This document shows, piece after piece, positions 22,899-33,800 of a DNA stretch of 64,000 nucleotides. Numbering within the stretch: the first letter of the stretch is position 1; each line of letters opens with the position of its first letter. The DNA is from Oikopleura dioica (taxonomy: Eukaryota > Animalia > Chordata). The notes below the pieces were generated by a model. It made no database searches and had not been told where the DNA came from. It saw only the letters and a program-made list of their open reading frames with translations. The stretch lies in assembly GCA_907165135.1 (NCBI GenBank), contig OU015568.1, forward strand, positions 744,001-808,000, given 5' to 3'. The translations under genes were made by a program, and so were the position numbers.

Positions 22899-25374
22899 AT
22901 GCGAGTTACTACGCATCCGAAAGTGCTGAGCAGAAGAAAGATAAAAAAATGGCTGAAAGGTTTTGTCAAAAAATTGAAGAGAGAGACGACCAGAGGCGAC
23001 CTAGATAGACTGATTTTGTCTGTGGAGAGAATGGAGTTTGAGAACAAAGACTCTGCCGGCTGGGACGAAGTTATATTTGAAAATGAAGGGGGAAAAATAA
23101 ACTCTGTTGATGACTGGGGAGGAAAAATTTCTGAAAAATGGAGCGTCACATCATTGCAAAAGAAGATACTCGATTTCAATAATGATTTTGAAAGAAGAAA
23201 AATTAAGAGATCCGAGTTGAAAGAAGAAAATGGAAGGTGGTTCGTTGATTCTAATCTTTGCGCGCAAATGATTTCAACTGGAGGAGAAGCTATCGTTTTG
23301 AAAGATCAATTCGGGGATCTTGAAGTTGCTGTTCGTGTTCAAGTTTTTGATACAGCTCTTTTAACGAAGAAGGAAAAAGTGCTTTGCTTTGATATTCATT
23401 TGTCACAAGGTATTTTTTTCTCATTTTGAACGATTTTTGATGAATTTAGATTACGATGTTGCAGAAAACGCCGATAATGATAGATCGAATTCGATTCCTG
23501 TGCACAAAAACGTCATCAAAAATTATGCAAATATCGAGATCTTCTCCGCCGCCGACAAGAGAAAGGAAGACTGTTTGGGCTGGATAACAATCATGGAAAT
23601 TTGTGATACGACTTTGAGATGTAAGCTCAAGGCTGAAAGCCTTAATTTGGACGAAAGAAAGAAAATTGCCATCGGAATCAAAAAGGGATACGAGTATTTG
23701 TCTACCGTTGAGATTTTGCACTACGGCCTGAAGCCCGAAAATCTTCTTTTGAAGAATGCAGTGCCCAAATGGATTGACTTTGGACTTGTTCGGGAGAAAA
23801 CTGGAAGAATGAGCTACGCAGAAATGGGATACACGAGGAGAGGAAGCAAATACAAAAAGTATAAATTTCTTTGTAAGTTTTGCTTTGAGTGAAATTGAAT
23901 TAAAATCTTTCTAGATGCAGGCTCTGCTGCATTCGCTACTAACTATCAGCTTTGTCCGACATATTTTCATCACCATGATTGCTCTAGCATCTATATTTTT
24001 ATCTTCAGCGATTGGGGAACTGCTTGGAGTCTCCATTTCAACCCAATTAAACCGGCTCCAAGAAATCTTATTCAAAATGATCTTAGAGTATGTGAATATC
24101 AAAAAAATTAAGATAAAAAATTCAGGTTTTGAACAACGGATGGATTGAGAACAAGGACGATCCGAGTATCAATGAAATAAAAAGTCTTCAGAAAATTATC
24201 TCTCTGAGAAACATTTCATCTTTTTTCTGCCTTGATGATCCAAATTTGACAAAGTCTTCCGCAATGGCTTAGTTGAAGCAGGAAATGACCAAGCAGATGA
24301 ACACTGATTTCATAAATTTGACAAAGAATGTTTTAATTCAAAAAGACACAAATCTCTGCGTTGCAATCTCAATCACGTCTCTTCTTCGATGGGCGATGAA
24401 AAATAATTTATGCCTGTCTTTTGGAAACGACAAATGTACTTTTGAAAAAATATTCATATTGCTGACAATGATGATTTACCCGCGAAGTCTGGCCGGTCTC
24501 AATCTCAATCCGAATAGACAAGAAAAGGAGTTTCAACACAACGAAATTGAAATTCTTCTGAAACGAATGAAATTCGAGACATTTTTGAATAAAAGTGGAT
24601 GGAAAATCATTCAATCTTTTGGCTATGTTCACGGCAATTTCAACTACAGACAAAACGGACAATTCCGGAACGGGCAATTCCGGAGATTTGAGGGAAATCG
24701 GTAAAATTTTTGTAAACGCACAATTCCGGAAATTTCAGACAAAAAATTCAACTGAGAGGTCTATTTTGTATATAGGACCACCTTTTCGCGAAATATTACG
24801 AATAATTTTCAGAAAAAAAATGAGAGAAGGGTCAAAAAAGCCATGAGTAGCACTAAAAAAGCCCATTTTCTGGTTGACACCCTTAAAAAGGCACTTTGGA
24901 AGCAAAAAATTTTCAATTAGAATTCGGACAATTCCGGAGATTTGGCGCTTTTCCCCGAAAAAAAAACTTCCGGAATTGTCCGTTTTGTCTGTACGAGCAA
25001 ATTCTCCTGCACAACGATTTTGTTTTCACTCGACCATTGACAGTAACTGGGGCCTATCTGAAGCCAAATGGCGACGTTATTTTCCACCAAATGGTTCTCG
25101 ACCGCGTCGAAAACGACCAATACGTTCTCCAAAATACTCTTCTTTCTCATTCTCCCCTCAAATTCGAGTTTTTCTGAAGAACCGTTACTATGCGAGTTTT
25201 GAGTTGATGAACGATTGTTTAAAATCCAGTGGCGACTTCAATTACTACGGAACTAACAGAGAATTCCTACAACTGGCGAATGAGAAATGTAAAAACATGA
25301 TCTCTGGCGAGTGGTATCTTCTTCCTCAAGCTTTCTCAATAACCCTTACGCGCGAGAACTCATTGCTTGTATGA
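22899..25374 (+). pseudogene. Protein kinase + papain-like Cys-His-Asn domain fusion, disabled
   Basis: Kinase motifs STGGEAIV, VAVR, HYGLKPEN, IDFG; then QKDTNLCVAIS and FHQMVLDRVENDQYVLQNT. Lesions: catalytic Asp replaced by Gly, in-frame TAG 24270-24272, MITE in exon 24647-24991. Confidence 0.7.
24647..24991. mobile_element. 345-bp TA-flanked MITE inserted in a coding exon
   Basis: Perfect 24-bp TIR CAGACAAAACGGACAATTCCGGAA; TA at 24645-46 and 24992-93; removing it restores GNFNYEQILL. Confidence 0.88.
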
Positions 25375-25480
25375 GGTTTACAAAATAAGAATCATTGTCA
25401 AAATCTGCCTATTTTATATTTTTCCAACAATTACTTACTTTTTCTTCTTATAAATAATAATATAAATGATTTATTATGCT

Positions 25481-25820
25481 TTAAAAATTTACATTTTGTC
25501 GATTTGTAATAAAAACGATGAGAATGAAAATTCCAGCCACAGCTGCGACGGCGCCGATGATAGCTGCGGAAATAGCAGCGCTAACAGTGATTTCGTATTT
25601 CATTGCGACGGAGGTGTTTTGGCCATCGACGATGGCCCATCGTAGACCTGAATTTTTGGTAATTGCCTTTTCTAGAGCCCATGTATCAAGAATCACAAAA
25701 AGAAATAAAAATTTAAGAGCTCGGGAAATATTAAATGCGCCCGAGTCCGACCTTCGTAAAATTAGTCATAAAAATCAACAAAGTCGAAAAATACCGTGAG
25801 TGTTATTTCCGCATCCAAAT
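25481..25820 (-). pseudogene. Truncated duplicate of the protocadherin transmembrane exon and adjacent intron
   Basis: DGQNTSVAMKYEITVSAAISAAIIGAVAAVAGIFILIV nearly identical to 31570-31700; intron motif AAATACCGTGAGTG..TTTCCGCATCCAAAT shared with ~31918-31948. Confidence 0.8.
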
Positions 25821-26199
25821 TATAAAAGAAAAATAAGAAATTGAATTAGATCTTAACATTTTTGCTCAATAGAGTTTTCGAATTTCGGATATCTGTAACC
25901 GCTGTCTCGCCGGTTTATTTTTTAACCCTCTTCTATCTGCCAGTTAATTCAGATTTTGTCTGATCAAGTTTCCCCGCATTTTTAGTCACGGAAATCCCGA
26001 TTCTCGTCGACCTCCCCCCCCTTTGTTTGAAGATCGCATATTTTCAGTAAAAGTCAACAGATAAGTTTTTTTCACGAGTCATTTTTTATCATATTTTGGT
26101 CGAGATGGCAGATAAAAAAGCAGTTATAAGTCCAGAGAAACGAGAGATACCAGCAATTTATTTAGATGGAAATTACAGATTCACATCCTTTCACAATCA

Positions 26200-27228
26200 T
26201 GAGAAGGTGAAAGAACCAACATTCATTCACAAGTGCAGAATTTGCTCGTAAGTTCGGCGTGATGAAAAAAATTGTTTGGTTTTTTAGTGTTATTTCGGAA
26301 AAGTTCTTCATTCATGATTGTGGCGACTATTCAATCGAAAACAATGCATTTTGCGTGGATTGTTCGTCACAAATTACCCGAAAAAGAAGATGTCATTGTC
26401 GAGTTTACTTTTTCTCTGATCATTACACTCGCAAACATCGGAACCGCATCCGCTTCAAATGCTTCTTCATGGAATGTAACTCTTCTTTGTCTTTTTACGA
26501 ATTTCTCGATCATTATCAACAACGCGGATCTTCCGCTAATCACTTTCAACCTCGGTTTATGCAGAGCACTCAAGGAGCAAGTGCGCCAATTTTTCCTCGG
26601 ATAACTATTTCTTCTCGTGTAGGACATAATAATCGTGTCAGTCTTCCCGAGGATATTGAGAGGGATCTCAACCTCCGAGAAAACGAAGTGCAATCATTAA
26701 GGGGGTAGTGCCTGATTTGATGAAAATCAAGATTATGAAATATTAAAAAATTGTCAAACCACGAAAACCAGGCACTACCCCTTTAAGAAATCAGTTCGAA
26801 AAAATTTACTCGGAAGAAAAAACCGTTACCCAACAACTTGATACGGTTAAAAAAAAGATCATTGAGAATTCTTCGATGATTGAGAGTCTTCTACAGGAGA
26901 ATGACGGACTTACACGAGAAAAAGAAAGCCTTGAGAAAAAACTTGAAATGATAACAGAAAGAAAGGAGGAAGCTCGATATAAGCAAACTGATTTATCAGA
27001 TCAAGGTTCAACCAAATGTTTTAGATAAAATTCATTATTTTCAAAGGGGCCGACGAGAATTGCTGCAAGATCTGTTTCTCGACATTCGACAGAAATCTCC
27101 ATCACCAATCCTGCATAACCAGATGCTTTCATACCTTTTGCTTTCAATGTCTCAACTCTCTCAATCCGAAGAACTGTCCTAGCTGCAGACAGCCGTTTCA
27201 AATGTCCGAAATTCAAAAACTCTATTGA
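26200..27228 (+). CDS. N-terminal RING-like zinc finger + coiled coil + C-terminal C3HC4 RING; MITE in exon (possibly spliced)
   Basis: HKCRIC/SVISEKFFIHDCG...FCVDC...CHC; coiled coil 26788-27005; last exon 27047-27228 CCKICFSTF...CFHTFCFQC...CPSCRQPF. Start codon not resolved. Confidence 0.68.
26701..26782. mobile_element. 82-bp TTAA-flanked MITE with GG..CC-type ends (Kolobok-like)
   Basis: TTAA 26697-700 | GGGGGTAGTGCCTG ... CAGGCACTACCCCT | TTAA 26783-86. Confidence 0.82.
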
Positions 27229-27360
27229 GCGAAAATGTTAACATCTAATTAAATTTCTCATTTTTCAAATAAATCATCTGCAGCTCCTGCCATCTCTTCA
27301 TTCGCAAACAAACAAACCCTTGTTTTTAAATTTAAAGTTGAAATTCAGAAACAGATTGAA

Positions 27361-29942
27361 TCACAAACAGTAAAATTGATCAACTTGAAATAAAATCGGT
27401 CGATAAAATATTTCAGTGTGTTCATTGACGATTTTCGAGCTTTCAATCTTGTCACCATCCCAAACGAGCTTTCGAACGATGCCTTTACTAAAGAAGAAAT
27501 CAATAAAGTTAGTCAAAGAAGAAAAAATTACGGTTCCTGATCGCCGTTTACAAGAAAGATTGAGTTTCCTATTTTGATTGAAGAAGAATGATTTTGCTAA
27601 AACAGATCGCGACAAATGAAAAAAATTAAAAATAAATTACCTTTTCCTCAGTTTGTCCGACGACTGTCCATTTTAAGGATCGAAAAAGGAAAATGTCATG
27701 ATTAATTCCATATCTCCAACCCCCCAAAACGAGCAGCCCATTTTCTACTCCAACACAGGTGTGAAATCCCAATTTTCTACAAATTCATTATATTTGAAAT
27801 AAGATCAATTTTACTTAGGAATATCCGGAAGTTTCTCCCAGTTTACGGAGTTGAAACTCTCAACCGTTCCATGAGCTGATTTATCATCGCTCGAAGTCCA
27901 ACCACCTACCGCAACTGGCCGGTTCCCATCAATCGCTAAGCACGAGTGCTTATGAACAACCAGTGATTCAGGGCGAGTTGTTACTATTGATCCATCAAAT
28001 TCCTCACATTTTTTGAAGGTATCGTCTTCAAAGCAGATTAAAACTATTGCTTAATTATTAAAAGTAATTTTTGATCATTAACCAGATTGTCTATCGGCCA
28101 TTGTAACTGCACTCGATCGATGATTAACAGAAATTCCGAGCTTTGTGGTCATTTCAATGATTTTGAAGTTCTCGAGCATTGAAATCTGAAAATTTATAAC
28201 TATATTCTAACTTCTGTAAAAAGCGTACCCTGTTTATGTATCCTGAATAACCACCAAAAATATATATTTTACCGCGAATAGATGCCGCAATAGAATTATA
28301 AAGATAGTGGCGATCATGAGTTGAGTCTGGTTTCTGTATTTGCAAATCTTTTTTTGTTCCATCATCATCAAGAAGATATTTGACTGCGCCTTTGGTTCCA
28401 GCAAGAACAAACAGTGCATTTTTCATCATTTTGACGCAGTCAGGTTTTGTTTCTTCAAGCTTCAGTTTTGTAGTCGTTAGTTCTAGTGTTTCTATAATTG
28501 AAGACTTCTCGTAAGTACAATTTTGATTTTCATCCAAAAGATCTCCAACAACCCTCTTAAGCGCTTCCGTCTTGTCTTTTTCCTGGCCGATTTCATTAAT
28601 TCGTATTGAAATTTCAGATTCAAAGTTTTGTTGCTTTTCGACAATGTTTGCTTCGAGACGGAAAATTTCCTCACTTTTTTCGTCTTTCTCTGCGGCGCAT
28701 TTTTGATTTTCCTCAAGACTTCTCTCAATCAAATTAGTAAGGTTTTGATTTCTGTTTCTTTCTTCATCGAGCTCCGCAATTTTTTCATCGAGTTTGTCTT
28801 TATTATCTGTCAATTTTTCTTCGAACGAAAACTGCGTAAGAGTCGCATTAGTCAGGGTAATTTCTAGCTAATTTTCAAGCTGAGCATTTTTTGACTGAAG
28901 ATCGTGAACTTGTCTTGACAGGATTTTCACCCGCGAGATCAGTGAAGAAACTTCCTTCCTGAAACTTGAGTTTCTGCTTTCTTGTCTAGATCTTTTCAGT
29001 TGAAGATTTTCTGATTCTAGCTCTTCTCCGCGGCTAGGTTATCATTATTTAACAAGTAAAAGGTCTATCATACAGTTGACAAATTTCTTTATCGACTTGA
29101 GCTCGTTCAGATATTTTGTAAAGATTAATTATTTCCGACATCAATTTTTCCCTTTGAAATATTAAGTTTCGGACCTCTTGTTTCTGTTTGCCCATCAATT
29201 GTCTTTTTCAAAGTTCAAATAACAAATCAAAGGGTTAAGGGGGTAGAAACAGCTTTCTCGATTATGGACAGCAGCTGCATAAAAGTAAACATAAGATTTA
29301 TTTATGTTCACGGAATTTCCTGATAAATGTTCCTAGAAAAAGGGTTCAGCTTCACAAAAATGTGAAAGAAATTTGTTTAACTATCAGGGGACTCGAGATA
29401 TACGTGTTTAAAAATTTGGGAAAATCGAGAATTTCAGAGAGATGAGCTGCTTCTGAGCCCGCTTACTCAAAAATTTGATGACGAAAAAAAATTTCGAGAG
29501 AGATGTTCCTAGATCTAAGATGCATCTTTCGTAACCTGAAGAGAAAATTTGAAAATGTAAGATTCTCTTGTCTGTAGCGCCGGTCAAAAATCGTTTTTTT
29601 CAGAAAAAAGCTGTTTCTACCCCCTTAACGCAAAATTTGAAATAATTATAAAAATATTTCGGTATAATAAAAAATTTCAATTTCTGAACTTTAACGACAT
29701 TGAGCTAAATCAACTGATGGTTGAAAATTTCGCGCTTGAGTTTTATTATTATCATCGCAGAGACAATCGTTAAGCTGATGTTCTATCCGCTGCTTGCAGA
29801 TTTGAATGCACTCAGAATCAAAGCATCTACTGTTACAAAGCAAAAAACCAGCTTGAGCTGTTTCTTTGCATCTTGCCGAAGATTCGGGAGTGCATGACTT
29901 TCCAGCAGTTGTGTACCAAAGAAAAAAGAGAAATCTTATCAT
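27361..29942 (-). CDS. Secreted protein: signal peptide, Cys-rich module, long coiled coil, Kelch-like propeller
   Basis: MIRFLFFLWYTTA; CxxxC-rich exon; 28154-28813 heptad-rich ORF leading to IYIFGGY; later exons with VAVGGW, TVESF..WEKLPDIP; stop 27361. Confidence 0.62.
29239..29624. mobile_element. 386-bp TTAA-flanked non-autonomous element (Kolobok-like)
   Basis: TTAA 29235-38 and 29625-28; perfect 18-bp TIR GGGGGTAGAAACAGCTTT; intronic. Confidence 0.85.
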
Positions 29943-30492
29943 ATTTTCTCTCTTACATTCGAGTTGCCTTTGGGTGCTGTAAATCGGATGCCTGGACATT
30001 TCCCATGCACACGAGTTAGGCGAGGATACCACACCGCTCTACTAGCCTAGATATGGGGGCGCAACTGAGCGCGAATAGTGAAACCTTATCATTTTCAGAT
30101 CCTTCACCAGTGGAAGTTAAAGTCTCTTTTAAATTTGTAACTAAACTAAATAATATTAATATATTATTTTAAAATCATTAAATAACTTAGAACTTTTATA
30201 TAGATGCCTGCTCCGCGGGCAAAGTGGTAGGGAAACTCCTTCATTGAGCGGATCACACTTCTTTTTACGCACCGTCTTTTACTCCGGATAATTTTTATCG
30301 GAAAATTATAAATTCTAGTGCCCCCATTTCGGGGGAGAAATTCAATTTGGCGGGGCGACTCGCGAGCGCTACCTTTTTAGGTGTGGTAGCGCGGGATGGT
30401 AGCCTGGCTGAAATCGTGTGCATGGGAAATGTCCAATCTCCCCTGTAAATCCTCTTGAGTCACCATTTGAATCTTAACTTTGGTTCTCAAGA

Positions 30493-30675
30493 ATCATTTT
30501 CGAGATGATGAATGACTGTTTGAATTCCTGGGGCGAATACAACTATTATGAGACTTATGGAGAGTTTCTTCTACTGGCGAATAAAAAATGCAAAAACCTT
30601 ATCTCAGGCGATTGGTATCTTCTTCCTCAAGCTTTTTCGTTTACGCTTACCCGTGAAAATTCATTGCCAGAATAA
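30493..30675 (+). pseudogene. Orphan paralogue of the last exon of the kinase/papain-like gene
   Basis: FEMMNDCLNSWGEYNYY...LANKKCKNLISGDWYLLPQAFSFTLTRENSLPE* aligns by eye with 25195-25374; no upstream exons seen. Confidence 0.8.
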
Positions 30676-30812
30676 AAATTTCAGAATAAAAAATTCAGGA
30701 TAATTAAGCTATACAAATTTGCATTTATTGATGAACATTATTCGTCGATTTTTGATAAATACAGTGCTTGAGATAATTTTCATGTTCGTTTGAGGTAATT
30801 GAAAGAAAATGT

Positions 30813-33800
30813 TCAAACAAGGCAAGGTTTGTTTGTTGGCGAATGTAGAGTTGGCAGGAGCGGTAGGCGAGTTCGGTTCTGCTTTCCGGAACTGTTGTTT
30901 CCGGAAGACGTTGTATGCGAGCTGTAGTCGGATGTCCGCTCCCAGACGTATAATGAAGACACCTGAAAAACAAGGGATTAATCAATTCGTTCAATAGAGA
31001 ATATTGTAATTTCGTATTCCAAAATGAGACTGTTCTAGATGGTTACCTGGTTGATTTTGTCGGAAACATCGACTTCAAAAGGCTTCGAGGACGAATTTGA
31101 TGGAAGCCAGCAAGCATCAGAGTGGCCAAGGGTTAGACAGTCTTGATTACAGTAATGACCAAGCATCGCCAGCTGAAAAGAGGGTTACTAGAATTCAAAG
31201 CAAAAATGAGGATTATAAACCCAAAATCTGAGTCAAAAATAGTTCAATTTTCAATTCATCTATTTTTCTATCTTATTTTGTCAGTTTTCTTCCTTGATTT
31301 CAAAACTCACATGATTTCTTGATTGCGTTTCGCTCCCAGATTCGCCTCTCCCCGAGTCCGAATCCGCCCTTCTGGAATTACTCTTCTGGTTCATCTGCAA
31401 AGCTCCCCTGGCCGTACAAATCGTTCCCTCGCTGCCACTCCTCTCCGATTTCATCTTCATGTCAATGATCAAATCCGTGCGCGAAATATTCTGCGAGTTC
31501 GCGGAATTATCCCCGAAATTCGACGAATTCATTTTGTCGTTGTGCGCAGCGCGGAGCCGCCGCTGGAGGAAAATGAAGACAACGATGAGAATGAAAATTC
31601 CAGCAACAGCTGCGACGGCGCCGATGATAGCCGCGGAAATAGCCGCGCTGACGGTGATTTCGTATTCCATTGCGACGGAGGTGTTTTGGCCATCGTAGAC
31701 CTATAATATTTGATGATTTTTTTCTAGATTTTTTTTATCAAAAATCATAAAAGAAAAAAAATTCTGAAGCGCAGGAAATATCAAACTAATAAAGAGTTGA
31801 GATCCACTTGACAATATCTGTAACCATAGTTAGAATGGAACTAAGAATAAATTGTATTTATGTCAGTCAATTTCTTTGATAAAAAAAAAATGAAAAAGAC
31901 CCTATTTGATGGCCTCAAATACCGTGAGTGTAATTTCCGCATCCAAATCGCGCGAATAATTCGACTCGAAAATCAAGTCGTGGCCACGAAGCGCGAATAA
32001 TTCTGCATCTCTTCCTCCAAGTTGAATGACTGGTTCTGTTCCATCTGCGTCAGAGATCTAAAATTGCCTATTACAAAACCTGTTTTAAAAATTGAAATAG
32101 AGTCTGGAAAAATATATAAAATATGTTTCAAAAAAAAAAAGAGAACGGCGACCATTAAAAATGTCCCAAAATCCTCCTTGTTCGGCGATGTCGATTTTCT
32201 CAGAGTGTTTTTGTTTCTCACATTGGCATTTGCCTCAACTAGATTCCTCGGTGGCTCTTTTCATTCGGAGAAGAGTCCCTTAGCAGAATTCGAAAATAGT
32301 GGCGGGCGGATAATAACGTAAAGCATTCCCACGAGAAAATGGCTTATGCGCCGCTCCCGCCATTAACAATCGGACTATACTTTTCCACAACAATCGCATC
32401 TTTAAACTTGACCAAAGTTTACGAAGAAAAAGTACTCCCAACAAAACGTGTCGATAAAAAACGATTTTTGAATCTTAATTTCGGATCCAGGAGCAATTAT
32501 GGAATCACCCTAATTTTCTATTCAAATTTGCCTTCGAAAAATATCCTGCTTTTTAGTTTTTTGGCAAAATAAAATAAGGGTGTCACCATCTTATTTAACG
32601 CTTCGTCTGACGGATCGAATAAGGGTATCACTATCTTAAGTTTGTCTATCAAAAGAAGGGTCAGTTGAAGGAAGAATCAAGTTTTGATCGATTTTTTTCG
32701 AAGAAATAAGATAGTGACACCCTTATTTTAGTTTGTCATCATTTTGGAATGAACTGTAAGAAAAGCTTTCATATTGTCTTGATCCCCTAAAAAACAGAAT
32801 AACAAGTCGAAAACGTGATAATTTTAAAATATCTAAGCCGCCGATTACATTTTCGCCCATAAATATGCTCGGCTATATCCTGTTACATAGTCTTTTCCTG
32901 AATATTCACCAGCAGCAGTGATGTATGTTTTCAACCGCCCAAGTGAGTTTTAACACATTTTCTCCCGAAAAAGAGCGGCGATAAGCAAGAACTTTGAAAG
33001 CTGCTTATTGAAGTTTATTCAGGAATTAAAATGGAGCGTGTTCATTTAGAGACTAATAAGCGCTCTAAAAGAACTTGTGCAAGGAATAACAATTCCAGCC
33101 GCAAGCTCGACCGCTCTTTGTGTCTCACTCGCTCATTTTAATACACCTGTGGGGAGAAAATACAACTCATTTTCAAGCAAACAAAAAATTCTTAAGGAGA
33201 ACTATTTTGCTCTAAGCTCGCCTCTAATTATTTCATGCTGGGTTCTTATTCAGTAATGTAAATTTCAGCCAAATTTGGATTTCATGAGAGCTGCATTTTT
33301 TCAGTATTCTGAAACATTTGAAGAATCTTTCAAAACTATTTATGACTAAGAAGAGTTAACTTTTTATGGTGCTGAAAAACTCTTTTTATTGGCATTGCCA
33401 CCATTGGTCAGAAAAAATTGCGCATTTAAACATTTACAAATCATTTTAACCATTATAAGATATTATAAATTCTCATTTCGAAAATGTATTTTATGGTTAT
33501 TTAAAATAAAACCTGAGGTTATTTGAGAACTAGAAACTTTTTGATAGAATACCTAACCTCAAAAGTTCCTATCCCTAACCCTAACCCCTAACCCTAACCC
33601 TAACCCTAACCCTAACCCTAGATTCTAGGGCCTAGAATACCTAACCTGAAAAGTCCCTAACCCTAACCCTAACTCTAACCTCAAAAGTCGAAATAACATC
33701 TCCAAACTGAACATCACTCGCCAGCGCAATGTATTTCGGAATCACGGCCACAGGTCGATTGTCGTTGACATTCTGCACTTGAATCTTCACCAGTCCTTTG

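Noticed and set aside
26367-26693. Minus-strand ORF containing RRVTF, the CM3 motif of delta1 protocadherins
   Set aside because: It is antisense to the RING gene, has no clear splice link to the protocadherin, and the protocadherin already stops at 30813; treated as coincidence.
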